From NCBI GenBank assembly GCA_039630415.1, contig JBCNVB010000004.1, forward strand, positions 1 to 58,936: DNA of 58,936 nucleotides. Direction: 5' to 3'. The position numbers were made by a program, and so were the translations under genes. Positions 1 through 10,004 of the stretch are shown here, one piece after another; positions within the stretch are counted from its first letter, which is position 1; each line of letters starts with the position of its first letter. Below the pieces are notes generated by a model. The model had not been told where the DNA came from and searched no databases. It saw nothing but the letters and a program-made list of their open reading frames with translations. This DNA is from a bacterium. GTDB lineage: Bacteria; DRYD01.

Positions 1-267
1 CAATAGAAGAATTATATTCTATAAAAGTTCTTATAAAATACAAGAAAGGTTTTCCGGTGATTGTTATAAAAGATTTAAAGAAATTCTTTTCAGTGATTGA
101 GGTTATTTGTTGACTCGATGAGGTATAAAATCTCCTTTGGCCCTGTAACGACTGGAGGCGTGTTTGCCGAAGGATCTGGTGAGTGAGCCAGGTCAAAACG
201 CCGCGCTCCTCATCAGGTGAGGATGAAGAGATGGTGCCTGTTTAAGAGGGAAACATAAGAAAGGGTG
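1..267 (+). mobile_element. Group I intron (IA-like), 3' part, inserted after 23S rRNA position U2449 (E. coli numbering)
   Basis: Sequence upstream of AACAGGC (268) is not 23S domain V and ends in G267 (terminal omega-G). R-like CCUGUAACGACUG at 142-154. Extra stems between P7 and P3' (157-202). P8 UCAUC/GAUGA at 210-226. S-like AAGAGAUGGU at 226-235. Confidence 0.85.
3..186 (+). pseudogene. C-terminal fragment of intron-encoded LAGLIDADG homing endonuclease (I-SceI-like), 5'-truncated by window, frameshift near 105-111
   Basis: Frame 3 reads IEELYSIKVLIKYKKGFPVIVIKDLKKFFSVIEVIC* (stop 111-113). Frame 1 continues VDSMRYKISFGPVTT...* (stop 184-186). Together they resemble the I-SceI-family C-terminus (PIIYI...F...I....MxYKL). 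Confidence 0.65.
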
Positions 268-718
<451 letters not shown>

Positions 719-768
719 CCTTAACTCTTATCCCTTAAAATTTTCTACTAAATCTAAACTATTAAACT

Positions 769-3486
769 GTGGTGTCCCTACTACTCTCGATAATTAGAAA
801 TTTCTTACTATACACAATCACAATTAGTTTTTTTAGTCTGTTCAATTTTACTTACTCTCAAAGTATAAAATATCAAATACACGAAACTGATATCAATGGT
901 GATAGAGAATCAGATTTGATTTTCTTCATAGATTCTTTTAAACCACAAGAATGTTCTGCATCTTTTCACGAAGAAATATCATTGATGTATAGGTATAAAG
1001 ATTACCTATATCTGATAAATAAAAAAGGGAAATCGATAGCAAGATATAGGAATAATCGACTAGATGTTGACTTTGGAAAAAAATTTAAACGAGTTATAGA
1101 AAATATAAGGTCTAGAACCAAAATAAACATATCTGATAATCAGCTTGAAATACTCATAATAAACGATTATTTATATTTTCTAATTACCATACATGATTTT
1201 GATAAACTAGTAAAGGAAGTAATCTTGTGTAAACTAACAATGGACTTAGAATTTGTAAAGGACTTCTATGAACAAGGAGTTCTTAGACTGAATTTTAAAA
1301 AGCAAAAATATTACAAAGTTGGAAAAGAAGATGTCGTGGTAGACAAGAATGATGATGTGTATCTCTTTTTCATTACTAGAAAGAAGTTATCGGATGAGCA
1401 GAAGCTATTGAAGATTTTAAAGATATCTAGTGATGTTAAAAAGAATGAAGTTACCACGGAAGAAATAGATACGACAATAGAGTATCCATACGAATGTATT
1501 TTTAGCGCGAATAGTTTTGATCTTGATAATGATAGTATTATTTATTTTATAGATTACAAGAAAGAAAAAATACTGGGTGTGGATTTAGTAAATAAAATCA
1601 CAAAAAAAGTAGCTGATATAAAAAGACCTAGATGTTTGCTTTCTAGGTTTTACATAGATTACCAAATCAAAAGCATATTTTTAACCTATGTTGACTATAA
1701 TCAAACATACTTGTATGTGGAAAAAATATGTAAAGAATCCGGTAGTATACAACAAATTGTAGTTCATGAGATAAAAAAATATAACAACTTGAAAAATAAA
1801 GAAAGTATTGACATAGATGTACAAGAAATAACTTATTTGAATGGCTTGATTTACTTATTGTATAATGTGTACTATGATGGCGAATTATATTCCAACGTAC
1901 TTTTATTTGATATTAGGAATAAGATTAAAAGGGATATACCATTATCGAAATTACTATACTATAATTCAAAAGAAATGCAGGAAGATATATACATTCCTAA
2001 GAGGCTTTTAGTTGATAAACATGATATTTGGGTTTCAGGAGTGTATTTAAAGAAAAAAAACTTTAGACATAATTTTGTATCAAAAATTAATTTGAACGGA
2101 GGTTTACAGTTTAGGTTAATCACGAAAGATACTTTTGAGTATATTTTTAATACTTACCGTGATTTTGAGGTTAGAAAGATTATGAAATTGAATGATGGTT
2201 ATCTTGTTGGTATATCTAAGAATGGTATAGAACACTTGATACGTTTAAAGAGTGATTTTACTGTAGATTTTAATTTTGCCCAAAGAGGAATATTTACTCT
2301 TCCAACGATGCAGATTGCTCAATCTGTTATTCAGCGTCCAATTTATTATTACAACATAAAGTATGATAATGTTGAATTTCAGAATAATTTGTTATGGATA
2401 GATCAAGACCAAGGGGGGAATATATACATTCTGGGTTTTATTTCCAGCGATGAGTATCGTAAAGAATTCTATTATTTGCTAAAAATAGATCAAAAAGGAA
2501 ATATTGATAAAAATTTTAACAAAACTGGATTTATGATACTAGGTAATTTGGTCAATCAATATAAAAGAAAAGAAGTATCAGAAAATGAATATAAAATATT
2601 CCTAAATGGGCAGCAGTTATACATTATTAATATTTTGCGTTTCTACTCGTATAAGGGAACATTTAAAAAACTAAAATCAAAAAAGCTAAACAATGTAATG
2701 TTAATTTGTTGCAATACGGGAAAAATAATTCGTATCACTGGAATTGATAATACAAGTATTCCTTTCAGATATGACTTTGTTAGTGATACGCAGATGGTAT
2801 CAGATGGAATGTTTATTACTCTTGAGGATCGAAGTCGATATAGAACGTTTTTAGTTAAAATAGATAGTTCTGGAAAATTGGATAAAACCTTTGGTAAGGA
2901 TGGATGCATAGTGCTTGAAGGTATGTATCAATCAAAACTAATTTACAATCAAGATAATAATACTTTCCTAGTGACTTTTCACAATCCTAAGAAAAACCAT
3001 ATAATCCATGCGTTTAAAATGGATGAAAAAGGAAATATCGATAATACTATTGGAATAGTTACTGTGGATAAATTAGTTAGTATTTTCACAAGAATTATGA
3101 ATACAATTTTTACTTTCCTGTTTAAAATTCAAAGTATAAACCTTGTATATGTTACAGATGGTGTGCATATTTCTGATAGAAAATTTTTGTTATTTGTCCT
3201 TGCTTTAGAATACAAAGAAAACAAACACTGGATTGTGGAAATTGATTATTCTGAAGGGAAAAGGCGAATCAAGTATAGAGACCTAAGTAAATTAAAAGTG
3301 AAAATAGAGCAAATAGTGGAATCTACATATTCAATACAAGTAAAAGATATAGATATTAATCGTGTAATAATGTTTAAAGATGCTCATGAAAAACAAAAAA
3401 TTGTATTCAATCTGTCCTTTTCGGGTAAGAAGAATGATTCAAGTGGAATTTATTCAGAAGCAATACTCCAATTTTCTCTAAACTAG
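769..3486 (+). CDS. Large secreted beta-propeller protein with delta-60-like repeats
   Basis: 905 aa, hydrophobic N-terminus, recurring L...G.lDk.Fg..G units (DFNFAQRG, GNIDKNFNKTG, GKLDKTFGKDG, GNIDNTIG). Confidence 0.6.
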   Translation: MVSLLLSIIRNFLLYTITISFFSLFNFTYSQSIKYQIHETDINGDRESDLIFFIDSFKPQECSASFHEEISLMYRYKDYLYLINKKGKSIARYRNNRLDVDFGKKFKRVIENIRSRTKINISDNQLEILIINDYLYFLITIHDFDKLVKEVILCKLTMDLEFVKDFYEQGVLRLNFKKQKYYKVGKEDVVVDKNDDVYLFFITRKKLSDEQKLLKILKISSDVKKNEVTTEEIDTTIEYPYECIFSANSFDLDNDSIIYFIDYKKEKILGVDLVNKITKKVADIKRPRCLLSRFYIDYQIKSIFLTYVDYNQTYLYVEKICKESGSIQQIVVHEIKKYNNLKNKESIDIDVQEITYLNGLIYLLYNVYYDGELYSNVLLFDIRNKIKRDIPLSKLLYYNSKEMQEDIYIPKRLLVDKHDIWVSGVYLKKKNFRHNFVSKINLNGGLQFRLITKDTFEYIFNTYRDFEVRKIMKLNDGYLVGISKNGIEHLIRLKSDFTVDFNFAQRGIFTLPTMQIAQSVIQRPIYYYNIKYDNVEFQNNLLWIDQDQGGNIYILGFISSDEYRKEFYYLLKIDQKGNIDKNFNKTGFMILGNLVNQYKRKEVSENEYKIFLNGQQLYIINILRFYSYKGTFKKLKSKKLNNVMLICCNTGKIIRITGIDNTSIPFRYDFVSDTQMVSDGMFITLEDRSRYRTFLVKIDSSGKLDKTFGKDGCIVLEGMYQSKLIYNQDNNTFLVTFHNPKKNHIIHAFKMDEKGNIDNTIGIVTVDKLVSIFTRIMNTIFTFLFKIQSINLVYVTDGVHISDRKFLLFVLALEYKENKHWIVEIDYSEGKRRIKYRDLSKLKVKIEQIVESTYSIQVKDIDINRVIMFKDAHEKQKIVFNLSFSGKKNDSSGIYSEAILQFSLN

Positions 3487-4550
3487 TTTTTCATATTCAG
3501 TACCTTTAATAGCATTTCTTCTTCTTCATTTGTTTTAATGACATATACAGGGATTTTACTTTTACTACTTGAAATTAAAATTTCGTTGTTTTGATTTTTT
3601 TGCGGATCAATTTCTATTCCGAGTGGTTTTGTTTTTTCACATACCATGTTTCTTATTAAGCTACTGTTTTCTCCAATTCCTCCAGTAAACACTATTCCAT
3701 CAATGCTATCAAAGAGAATATAGTAAGAGCCTATATACTTTGCTATTCTATATACGAAAGCTTCCATTGCTAAAATGGAAAGGTCTTCATTAGATAAATA
3801 TCTTTTTTCGAGTTCTTTAAAGTTGTTTATTTTTGCTAAGGAAACCAAGCCGGAATTGAAGTAGAAATATTCTTCATTAATCTTGTGTGATTTTAATAGA
3901 TACAAAACTAAGCCTGGATCAATATCTCCTGGTCTGGTTTGCATTATTAATCCTTCTAATGGAGAAAATCCCATTGAAGTATCTATACTTTTACCCTCTT
4001 TTATAGCACATATACTGCATCCTGAGCCCAAATGAAGAATGATTAAATTTGGACTATTCTTGGATAAAAGTTCACACATTTTTCTCAAAACATAGGAGTA
4101 AGATATTCCGTGGAAACCATATTTTTTTAATCCTTGTTTGTAAAAATCAATATCAATTCCATATACTCTAGCATATTCTGGAATAGTTGAATGGAAGTCA
4201 GTATCAAAGACTGCATAATGAGTTTTTTCAGGAAAACGTTTCATTAGAAATTCAATACCTTTTAGCGATATTTTATTATGTAGCGGATTTATTTCAGCTA
4301 AGAATCTTAAAATATTTAATCCATTTTCATCTATTAAGAATGGACTTTTATAGTCCATACCGTGAACTACACGATGAATAATAACATCTGGTAAAATATT
4401 TATTCTACTAAGTAGATTTTGCAGGATTTGTTCAGTATTAGAAATGTTAAAATCTGATATAGTATATTTTTCAATTAAAGAAATATCTTGTTTATAAAGT
4501 GCGGCTTTAAGTGATGAACTACCGTAGTTTAAAACTAGATAAGTCCTCAT
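3483..4550 (-). CDS. ackA: Acetate kinase
   Basis: NYGSSSLK, HRVVHG, FDTDFH, YGFHGISY, HLGSG, FTGGIGENS, TNEE motifs. Confidence 0.97.
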   Translation of the reverse strand: MRTYLVLNYGSSSLKAALYKQDISLIEKYTISDFNISNTEQILQNLLSRINILPDVIIHRVVHGMDYKSPFLIDENGLNILRFLAEINPLHNKISLKGIEFLMKRFPEKTHYAVFDTDFHSTIPEYARVYGIDIDFYKQGLKKYGFHGISYSYVLRKMCELLSKNSPNLIILHLGSGCSICAIKEGKSIDTSMGFSPLEGLIMQTRPGDIDPGLVLYLLKSHKINEEYFYFNSGLVSLAKINNFKELEKRYLSNEDLSILAMEAFVYRIAKYIGSYYILFDSIDGIVFTGGIGENSSLIRNMVCEKTKPLGIEIDPQKNQNNEILISSSKSKIPVYVIKTNEEEEMLLKVLNMKN

Positions 4551-6933
4551 ACTCTGGTTTATCTACTCCATTTTCATAGGCAAATTTGAGAGCCTCTATT
4601 TGTATGTTTTTGAGGAAATCTATGTATTTGGCACTTTTATGCTTTACTTTTTGCACTCTTTTTATTATGTCAATTGCAATGCTAAACCTATCTATTTGGT
4701 TTATTATTGCTAATTGTAAGGGCGTTGTAATTCCTCCTCTACCTCTTAAGAAAGGTACTAAATGTTGAGCATCTATACCTATCTTTCTGTTTTCCCTATA
4801 ACCTCTTACATGTAAGTTACTATGATTTTTCCTTTTATATGTTAGTCTATGTATTAACCAAGGATATCCATGGAAATTGAATATTATTGGTTTATTTTCT
4901 GTAAAATACACAATAAAATCATCCTCTTTTAATCCGTCTGGATGCTCGTTTTCGGGAGATAATCTGAGTAGATTAACTATGTTAACAAACCTTATTTTAA
5001 TTTCTGGAAGCAGTTCTTTTATTATCTTATAAGCAAACATATTTTCTTTAGTGGGGATATCTCCACAGCTAACTAAAACGACATCTGGATCTTCTGGGTC
5101 ACTAAATGAATCAAATATTCCTAATCCTTTAATAAAGTGATTATAAGCTTGATCTATTGATAGGTACTGAGGATGTTGTTGTTTATCACATATGATAATA
5201 TTAATTCTGTTTGTTGTTTGGAGACAAAAATGTATACAGGTAAGTAAAGTGTTTGAATCGCAGGGGAAATAAACTCTAACTACTTGCGGCCATTTATCTA
5301 CTATTGAATTAATGAATCCTGGGTCTTGATGAGTAAATCCATTATGATCTTGTCTCCATACAACAGAGGTTAGTAGAATGTTAAGAGAACTAATAGGTTC
5401 TCTCCAGGGTACGTCAGAAGAAATGTCTAACCATTTACCGAATTGGTTAACCATGGATGAGATTATTGGAGCGAATCCTTCATAGGTGCTTAATATACCA
5501 TGTCTACCTGTTAGTATATATCCTTCAAGCCATCCTTCAACGGTATGCTCAGAAAGAATTTCCATAGTTCTTCCGAATGAATCTAAATATCCTTCATCTT
5601 CATCTTCTGGATTTTGTTTTAACATCCATACTTTGCCATACTGGAATACTTTTTGAAGTCTGTTTGATGCTGTTTCATCAGGTCCAAAAACTCTAAAATT
5701 ATTAGGATTATCTTTTATTACATCTGCTAAATAAATACCTAAGTTATAGGTATTTGAAAACTTTACTTTACCTGGGGATTCTATATCTATGCTATATTTC
5801 CTTATTTCTGGTAATTTTAGGGGTTTTCTTACTTTTCCTCCATTTGAGTAAATATTTTCTCCTATTTTTTTGGTAGGTATTAATTCTAGGAGATTTTGTT
5901 TAATTTTTCCGTGTTTGTCGAATATTTTATGTGGTTCATAGCTTCTAAGCCATTCTTCTAGTAGAGCCAATTCTTCTGGATTAGTTTTGCAGTTTGGGAG
6001 AGGTACTTGATGTGCTCTCCAGTATCCTTCAATGAAGTGATTTTTGAATTTGCGGGGAGCTGTCCAACCTTTTGGAACTCTAAGTATAATCATAGGGAAT
6101 TTAGCATAGAATGGTTTGTTTTTGCTTCTTGCTTCTTCCCAAATATTTTTTATTTTTTCTATGCAGTACTCCATTGTATTTGCCATTTTTTCGTGTATAT
6201 CTTCACTATAGTCTACAAGTATTGGTTCGTAGCCATATCCTTTAAACAAATTCAGTAACTCTTCGTCTTCTATTCGGGCAAAAATTGTAGGGTTATTTAT
6301 TTTATAGCCATTTAGTGAGAGAATTGGTAATACTGCACCATCAGTAACGGGATTTACGAATTTGTTTGAATGCCATGATGAAGCAAGTGGACCTGTTTCT
6401 GCTTCTCCATCTCCTACAATTGCAATTACGATTAAGTTAGGATTATCAAATATTGCTCCAAAGGAGTGGGATAGAGTGTAACCTAGTTCTCCACCTTCTT
6501 GTATGGTGCCTGGTAATTCTGGGGTACAGTGACTTCCTAATCCACCAGGAAATGAGAATGATTTGAATAGATTTCTTAACCCTTCTTCATCTTGACTGAA
6601 ATGAGGATAATATTTAGACAGAGTTCCTTCGAGATATAGTGGAGCTATGTAACCTGGTGCGCCATGACCAGGACCAACAACTATCATACAATCTATATCA
6701 TATTTCTTAACAACTCTGTTAGCATGAGTATAAACAAAACTGATACTTGGACTTGCACCCCAATGACCTAACAACCTGTCCTTTATATGTTCTGGCTTAA
6801 GAGGAATTTTCAAAAGAGGATTATCTTTCAAATATATCATTCCTACACTTAAATAGCAGCAAGCTTTAAAGAATTGGTCTATTAAAATTAGTTCGTTTTC
6901 TGTTAACTTCTGTGTCAAGTTTCTTCCCACCAT
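4519..6933 (-). CDS. xfp: Xylulose-5-phosphate/fructose-6-phosphate phosphoketolase
   Basis: RLLGHWG, EGGELGY, GDGEAETG (TPP binding), LNGYKI, QDHNGFTHQDPG. Confidence 0.97.
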   Translation of the reverse strand: MVGRNLTQKLTENELILIDQFFKACCYLSVGMIYLKDNPLLKIPLKPEHIKDRLLGHWGASPSISFVYTHANRVVKKYDIDCMIVVGPGHGAPGYIAPLYLEGTLSKYYPHFSQDEEGLRNLFKSFSFPGGLGSHCTPELPGTIQEGGELGYTLSHSFGAIFDNPNLIVIAIVGDGEAETGPLASSWHSNKFVNPVTDGAVLPILSLNGYKINNPTIFARIEDEELLNLFKGYGYEPILVDYSEDIHEKMANTMEYCIEKIKNIWEEARSKNKPFYAKFPMIILRVPKGWTAPRKFKNHFIEGYWRAHQVPLPNCKTNPEELALLEEWLRSYEPHKIFDKHGKIKQNLLELIPTKKIGENIYSNGGKVRKPLKLPEIRKYSIDIESPGKVKFSNTYNLGIYLADVIKDNPNNFRVFGPDETASNRLQKVFQYGKVWMLKQNPEDEDEGYLDSFGRTMEILSEHTVEGWLEGYILTGRHGILSTYEGFAPIISSMVNQFGKWLDISSDVPWREPISSLNILLTSVVWRQDHNGFTHQDPGFINSIVDKWPQVVRVYFPCDSNTLLTCIHFCLQTTNRINIIICDKQQHPQYLSIDQAYNHFIKGLGIFDSFSDPEDPDVVLVSCGDIPTKENMFAYKIIKELLPEIKIRFVNIVNLLRLSPENEHPDGLKEDDFIVYFTENKPIIFNFHGYPWLIHRLTYKRKNHSNLHVRGYRENRKIGIDAQHLVPFLRGRGGITTPLQLAIINQIDRFSIAIDIIKRVQKVKHKSAKYIDFLKNIQIEALKFAYENGVDKPEYEDLSSFKLR

Positions 6934-8375
6934 ACTTCCCTCCTTATATCCATTCTATATAAGTCAATGAAATTTAGTTGGTTAAACGTGTTATAAACAA
7001 TTGAGTTCAAAGAATCCAAAAAGAATAACTGAGTAAAAAGGTTGATTTCTTCATCATAGAATATTGTTTTTGCTATATTTGTTCTGTTGTCAATGTATCT
7101 AATTTTTTTGAAATATAAATCAATTATAAATGTTCTTTCATCTGTGTAGATACATTCGGATATTTTACCTTTTAATTTTTCGCGTTCTTTTTGATCGGAA
7201 CTGAATAATAGGGAATAACTTTTACCGGTTTTTAAATCTACTTTTCTTACCACAGAATACTCTATGTCTGCTACATAGATGAAGTTATTTTCTAGATGAA
7301 CGTTGTTTATGTTACCCCATATAGTTTGTTTCCATATACCGTCAGTTGGTTTACGAGTATACCTTGATTTTTGACCACTTACATTATATGAAAGTATATT
7401 TAATTCCTCATTTGTTGATACATATTGAGGGAAGTTATGTTTAAGTATATATATTGTATTGTGGTCCCATACGACAATATTTTTATGATTGATTCTTATT
7501 TTTTTTAAATCTAAATCTGTTAATTTTTCATTTACGGTACTCAGCTCAAATTCTTCTAAAATTTCTATTTCTTTCTTATCAAATGTATACTTATTTAAAA
7601 CTAACTTATTATCAATGGTTAGTAACACTAACAAAATATCATTGTGATTAATTGGAAGAAAATCTAATGATTTTACAAACCTATTAATTGTTATGCTTTT
7701 CTGTTTTTCTAGGGTTTGGTTTACAAAAAGGTACATACTAATTTTTGACTCTATACCAATATTTTTCAATCCAACAAGTAGGTATCCTTTTCTAAAGGGT
7801 TTTATCCTGATATCTTTAACTAAATGGCAAAAATTGGTAGGAATATTAAAATAGGTGTACTTATTCGGTACTGTATTTGTTACTTCTGGTCCTATTTGGT
7901 TATGGATATGAAAAACCATTTCGTTATTCTTTTTCAAAAATAGATAGGCTAAATCGTATCCGGTGGAAGGATCTGTATCAAATATTTTAAAATTACTTTC
8001 TCTATTTGATAATACCGAATTTTTTGATATTTGTAAGGAAAAAAAGTCTGTTGTTTGGTAAATAGGAAATGGCAAGTTATGAATTAAATATTCTTCATAA
8101 TGCTTTACTTTATGGGGAATTATACAGGCTATGGTTAATTTACTAGAGTCAATATCTTTGCCATAGTGTGAAAAAAAATGATCAATAAACTTAAAGATCA
8201 TTCTTGTGTTGGGAGAAGAATAGTTTAGAATTAAGATATCATTGTTGCTACAAATATCGTCAAAATTTACAGGAGTATTTAGAGGAATTAGTTTAACTTC
8301 TTTAATATGATTGACTTTTTTTTCTGGTTTATTTTCTGGTTTATTTTCTAGTTTATTTTCTAGTTTATTTTTCAT
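6915..8375 (-). CDS. Hypothetical protein with C-terminal NHL-like beta-propeller segment
   Basis: 486 aa ORF overlapping both neighbours. IYVADIEYSVVRKVDLKTG resembles an NHL repeat. Confidence 0.55.
   Translation of the reverse strand: MKNKLENKLENKPENKPEKKVNHIKEVKLIPLNTPVNFDDICSNNDILILNYSSPNTRMIFKFIDHFFSHYGKDIDSSKLTIACIIPHKVKHYEEYLIHNLPFPIYQTTDFFSLQISKNSVLSNRESNFKIFDTDPSTGYDLAYLFLKKNNEMVFHIHNQIGPEVTNTVPNKYTYFNIPTNFCHLVKDIRIKPFRKGYLLVGLKNIGIESKISMYLFVNQTLEKQKSITINRFVKSLDFLPINHNDILLVLLTIDNKLVLNKYTFDKKEIEILEEFELSTVNEKLTDLDLKKIRINHKNIVVWDHNTIYILKHNFPQYVSTNEELNILSYNVSGQKSRYTRKPTDGIWKQTIWGNINNVHLENNFIYVADIEYSVVRKVDLKTGKSYSLLFSSDQKEREKLKGKISECIYTDERTFIIDLYFKKIRYIDNRTNIAKTIFYDEEINLFTQLFFLDSLNSIVYNTFNQLNFIDLYRMDIRREVWWEET
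8320..8370. repeat. 12-bp tandem repeat (about 4 copies) encoding N-terminal NKLE/NKPE units
   Basis: TTTTCTGGTTTA x2 then TTTTCTAGTTTA x2 on the + strand. Confidence 0.85.
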
Positions 8376-9222
8376 AAAACTTTTCTATCCATCTTTGTAA
8401 AATATTTTTATTGCCTATGAGGGTAAATTTACTATCTGACTTTTTTATGCTAATAGATTGTTGAGGTTCAAGAATAAGTTTATCTTGACCATCTGTTAAA
8501 ACAATAGCATTTTTCTTATCTTTATTTGTTACCAATATATTTTGGTCCTTAATTAGTTGTGGTCTGTATTTTAATGAATGAGGAGCAATGAAAGATATAC
8601 CTATTAAATCCTCGAACTTTGTATCTATGTATATTCCATTTATGGATAAGAAATAACCTGTAGAACCAAAAGTAGTAAAGACTATTATCCCGTCACATAA
8701 TTCCTCTAGATTAACTGAATTGACAGAATAGGATAGCTTTATTGTCTTATAATGAATGTAAGGCTTTATAACTACATCCCCTACAAAATAGTGATTATCA
8801 TTAACTAACCAGAAAAATCCTTCTACAAGATTATCATTTTGATAATCTGTTATTACCATTTCTAATAAGTCAATTTCATCATTTAAGAATTGATCTATAA
8901 GATGCTTAGGGTAAAAGCAATAAAAGCCTTTGTTACCAAAGTTGAATGAAATGGTATATATATTAGATTTTTTCATGAACTCTGCTGTAATGGAAAGTGA
9001 GGAAAATAAACTACCATCTCCGCCAAGATTTATTAGCAAAATGTCATCAGTTTCATCAATCTTACCAACACTATCTTTAAAGATAGATATTTCTCTTCTA
9101 CTTGTTATATCGATAGGTATGAGACACTTATATTTGCTCTTTATCTTTCCATAAAAAGATTTTACAACAGAAAAATCAACGTTTATGGAATTGTAAAATA
9201 TGATTATTCTATCAATTTTCAT
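8365..9222 (-). CDS. nadK: NAD kinase (divergent)
   Basis: LGGDGS, FGNKGF, DGIIVFTTFGSTGYFLS, DGQ motifs. Confidence 0.85.
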   Translation of the reverse strand: MKIDRIIIFYNSINVDFSVVKSFYGKIKSKYKCLIPIDITSRREISIFKDSVGKIDETDDILLINLGGDGSLFSSLSITAEFMKKSNIYTISFNFGNKGFYCFYPKHLIDQFLNDEIDLLEMVITDYQNDNLVEGFFWLVNDNHYFVGDVVIKPYIHYKTIKLSYSVNSVNLEELCDGIIVFTTFGSTGYFLSINGIYIDTKFEDLIGISFIAPHSLKYRPQLIKDQNILVTNKDKKNAIVLTDGQDKLILEPQQSISIKKSDSKFTLIGNKNILQRWIEKFYEK

Positions 9223-9242
9223 AGTTTCTATATGAGCAGATA

Positions 9243-10004
9243 TTACATGACCTTTAATGGTATAAGATCAAAGAGTGTAGATGGAATATATCTACATTCA
9301 GAATTTAGAGTAGTGATTTTTAGTATAAAATTGTTTTCTATACTAGACAATAGTTCTTCATCAATTTTTGAAAACAAATAGTTCATTTTTATATTGGATT
9401 GAATTATAAATTTTGTGTTAGAGATTTTTATCGCTGTTCCAATAACTTTTTGGTTATTATAGGTTTTTTCAAAACTATAAATATTCTCAAAACAATCGAA
9501 ATTAATATATTTTTTTTGACTTTTGTTTATTTGTATATCTTGTTTTTGTGCATCTTTAAGTGTTGTTATTAGGGGAGATATTGAGTCCCATAGTAAATCG
9601 CTAATAAAAGAGTGTATTGATTCGATAAGATTAGTTCTATAGTTAACATTTAGCTTATCTAGAATGTTCAGGGAAGAAACCATACAAAAAGTTAGATCCT
9701 TTTTAGGGTAGTGAAACACTGCTTTCCCACCAGTTATTCTTCTTACAAAAAACCACTTGTTAAATTCTTTCTTTATTTCTTCTGGAATCATTTTTTGAAA
9801 ATATCCTAGGGTAATGGTATGGTTTGAAAATGTGTAGAATCTGCCTATTACTGATTCATCTGGATTTGAAACCAATTTTTCAAAGTTTTCAAATATATAT
9901 CCATCTATTTTCATATTCCAGAATCCGGTATAGCTATTTCTCTTAATTAATATGAAATCCAGTTTATTGTTTGTTTTAGTAGAGGGTAACGTAAGCTTCT
10001 TCAT
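9243..10004 (-). CDS. Lipoate-protein ligase/octanoyltransferase family protein (LplA/LipM-like)
   Basis: NMKID, TITLGYFQ, RRITGGKAVFH, KVIGTA motifs. Confidence 0.85.
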   Translation of the reverse strand: MKKLTLPSTKTNNKLDFILIKRNSYTGFWNMKIDGYIFENFEKLVSNPDESVIGRFYTFSNHTITLGYFQKMIPEEIKKEFNKWFFVRRITGGKAVFHYPKKDLTFCMVSSLNILDKLNVNYRTNLIESIHSFISDLLWDSISPLITTLKDAQKQDIQINKSQKKYINFDCFENIYSFEKTYNNQKVIGTAIKISNTKFIIQSNIKMNYLFSKIDEELLSSIENNFILKITTLNSECRYIPSTLFDLIPLKVM

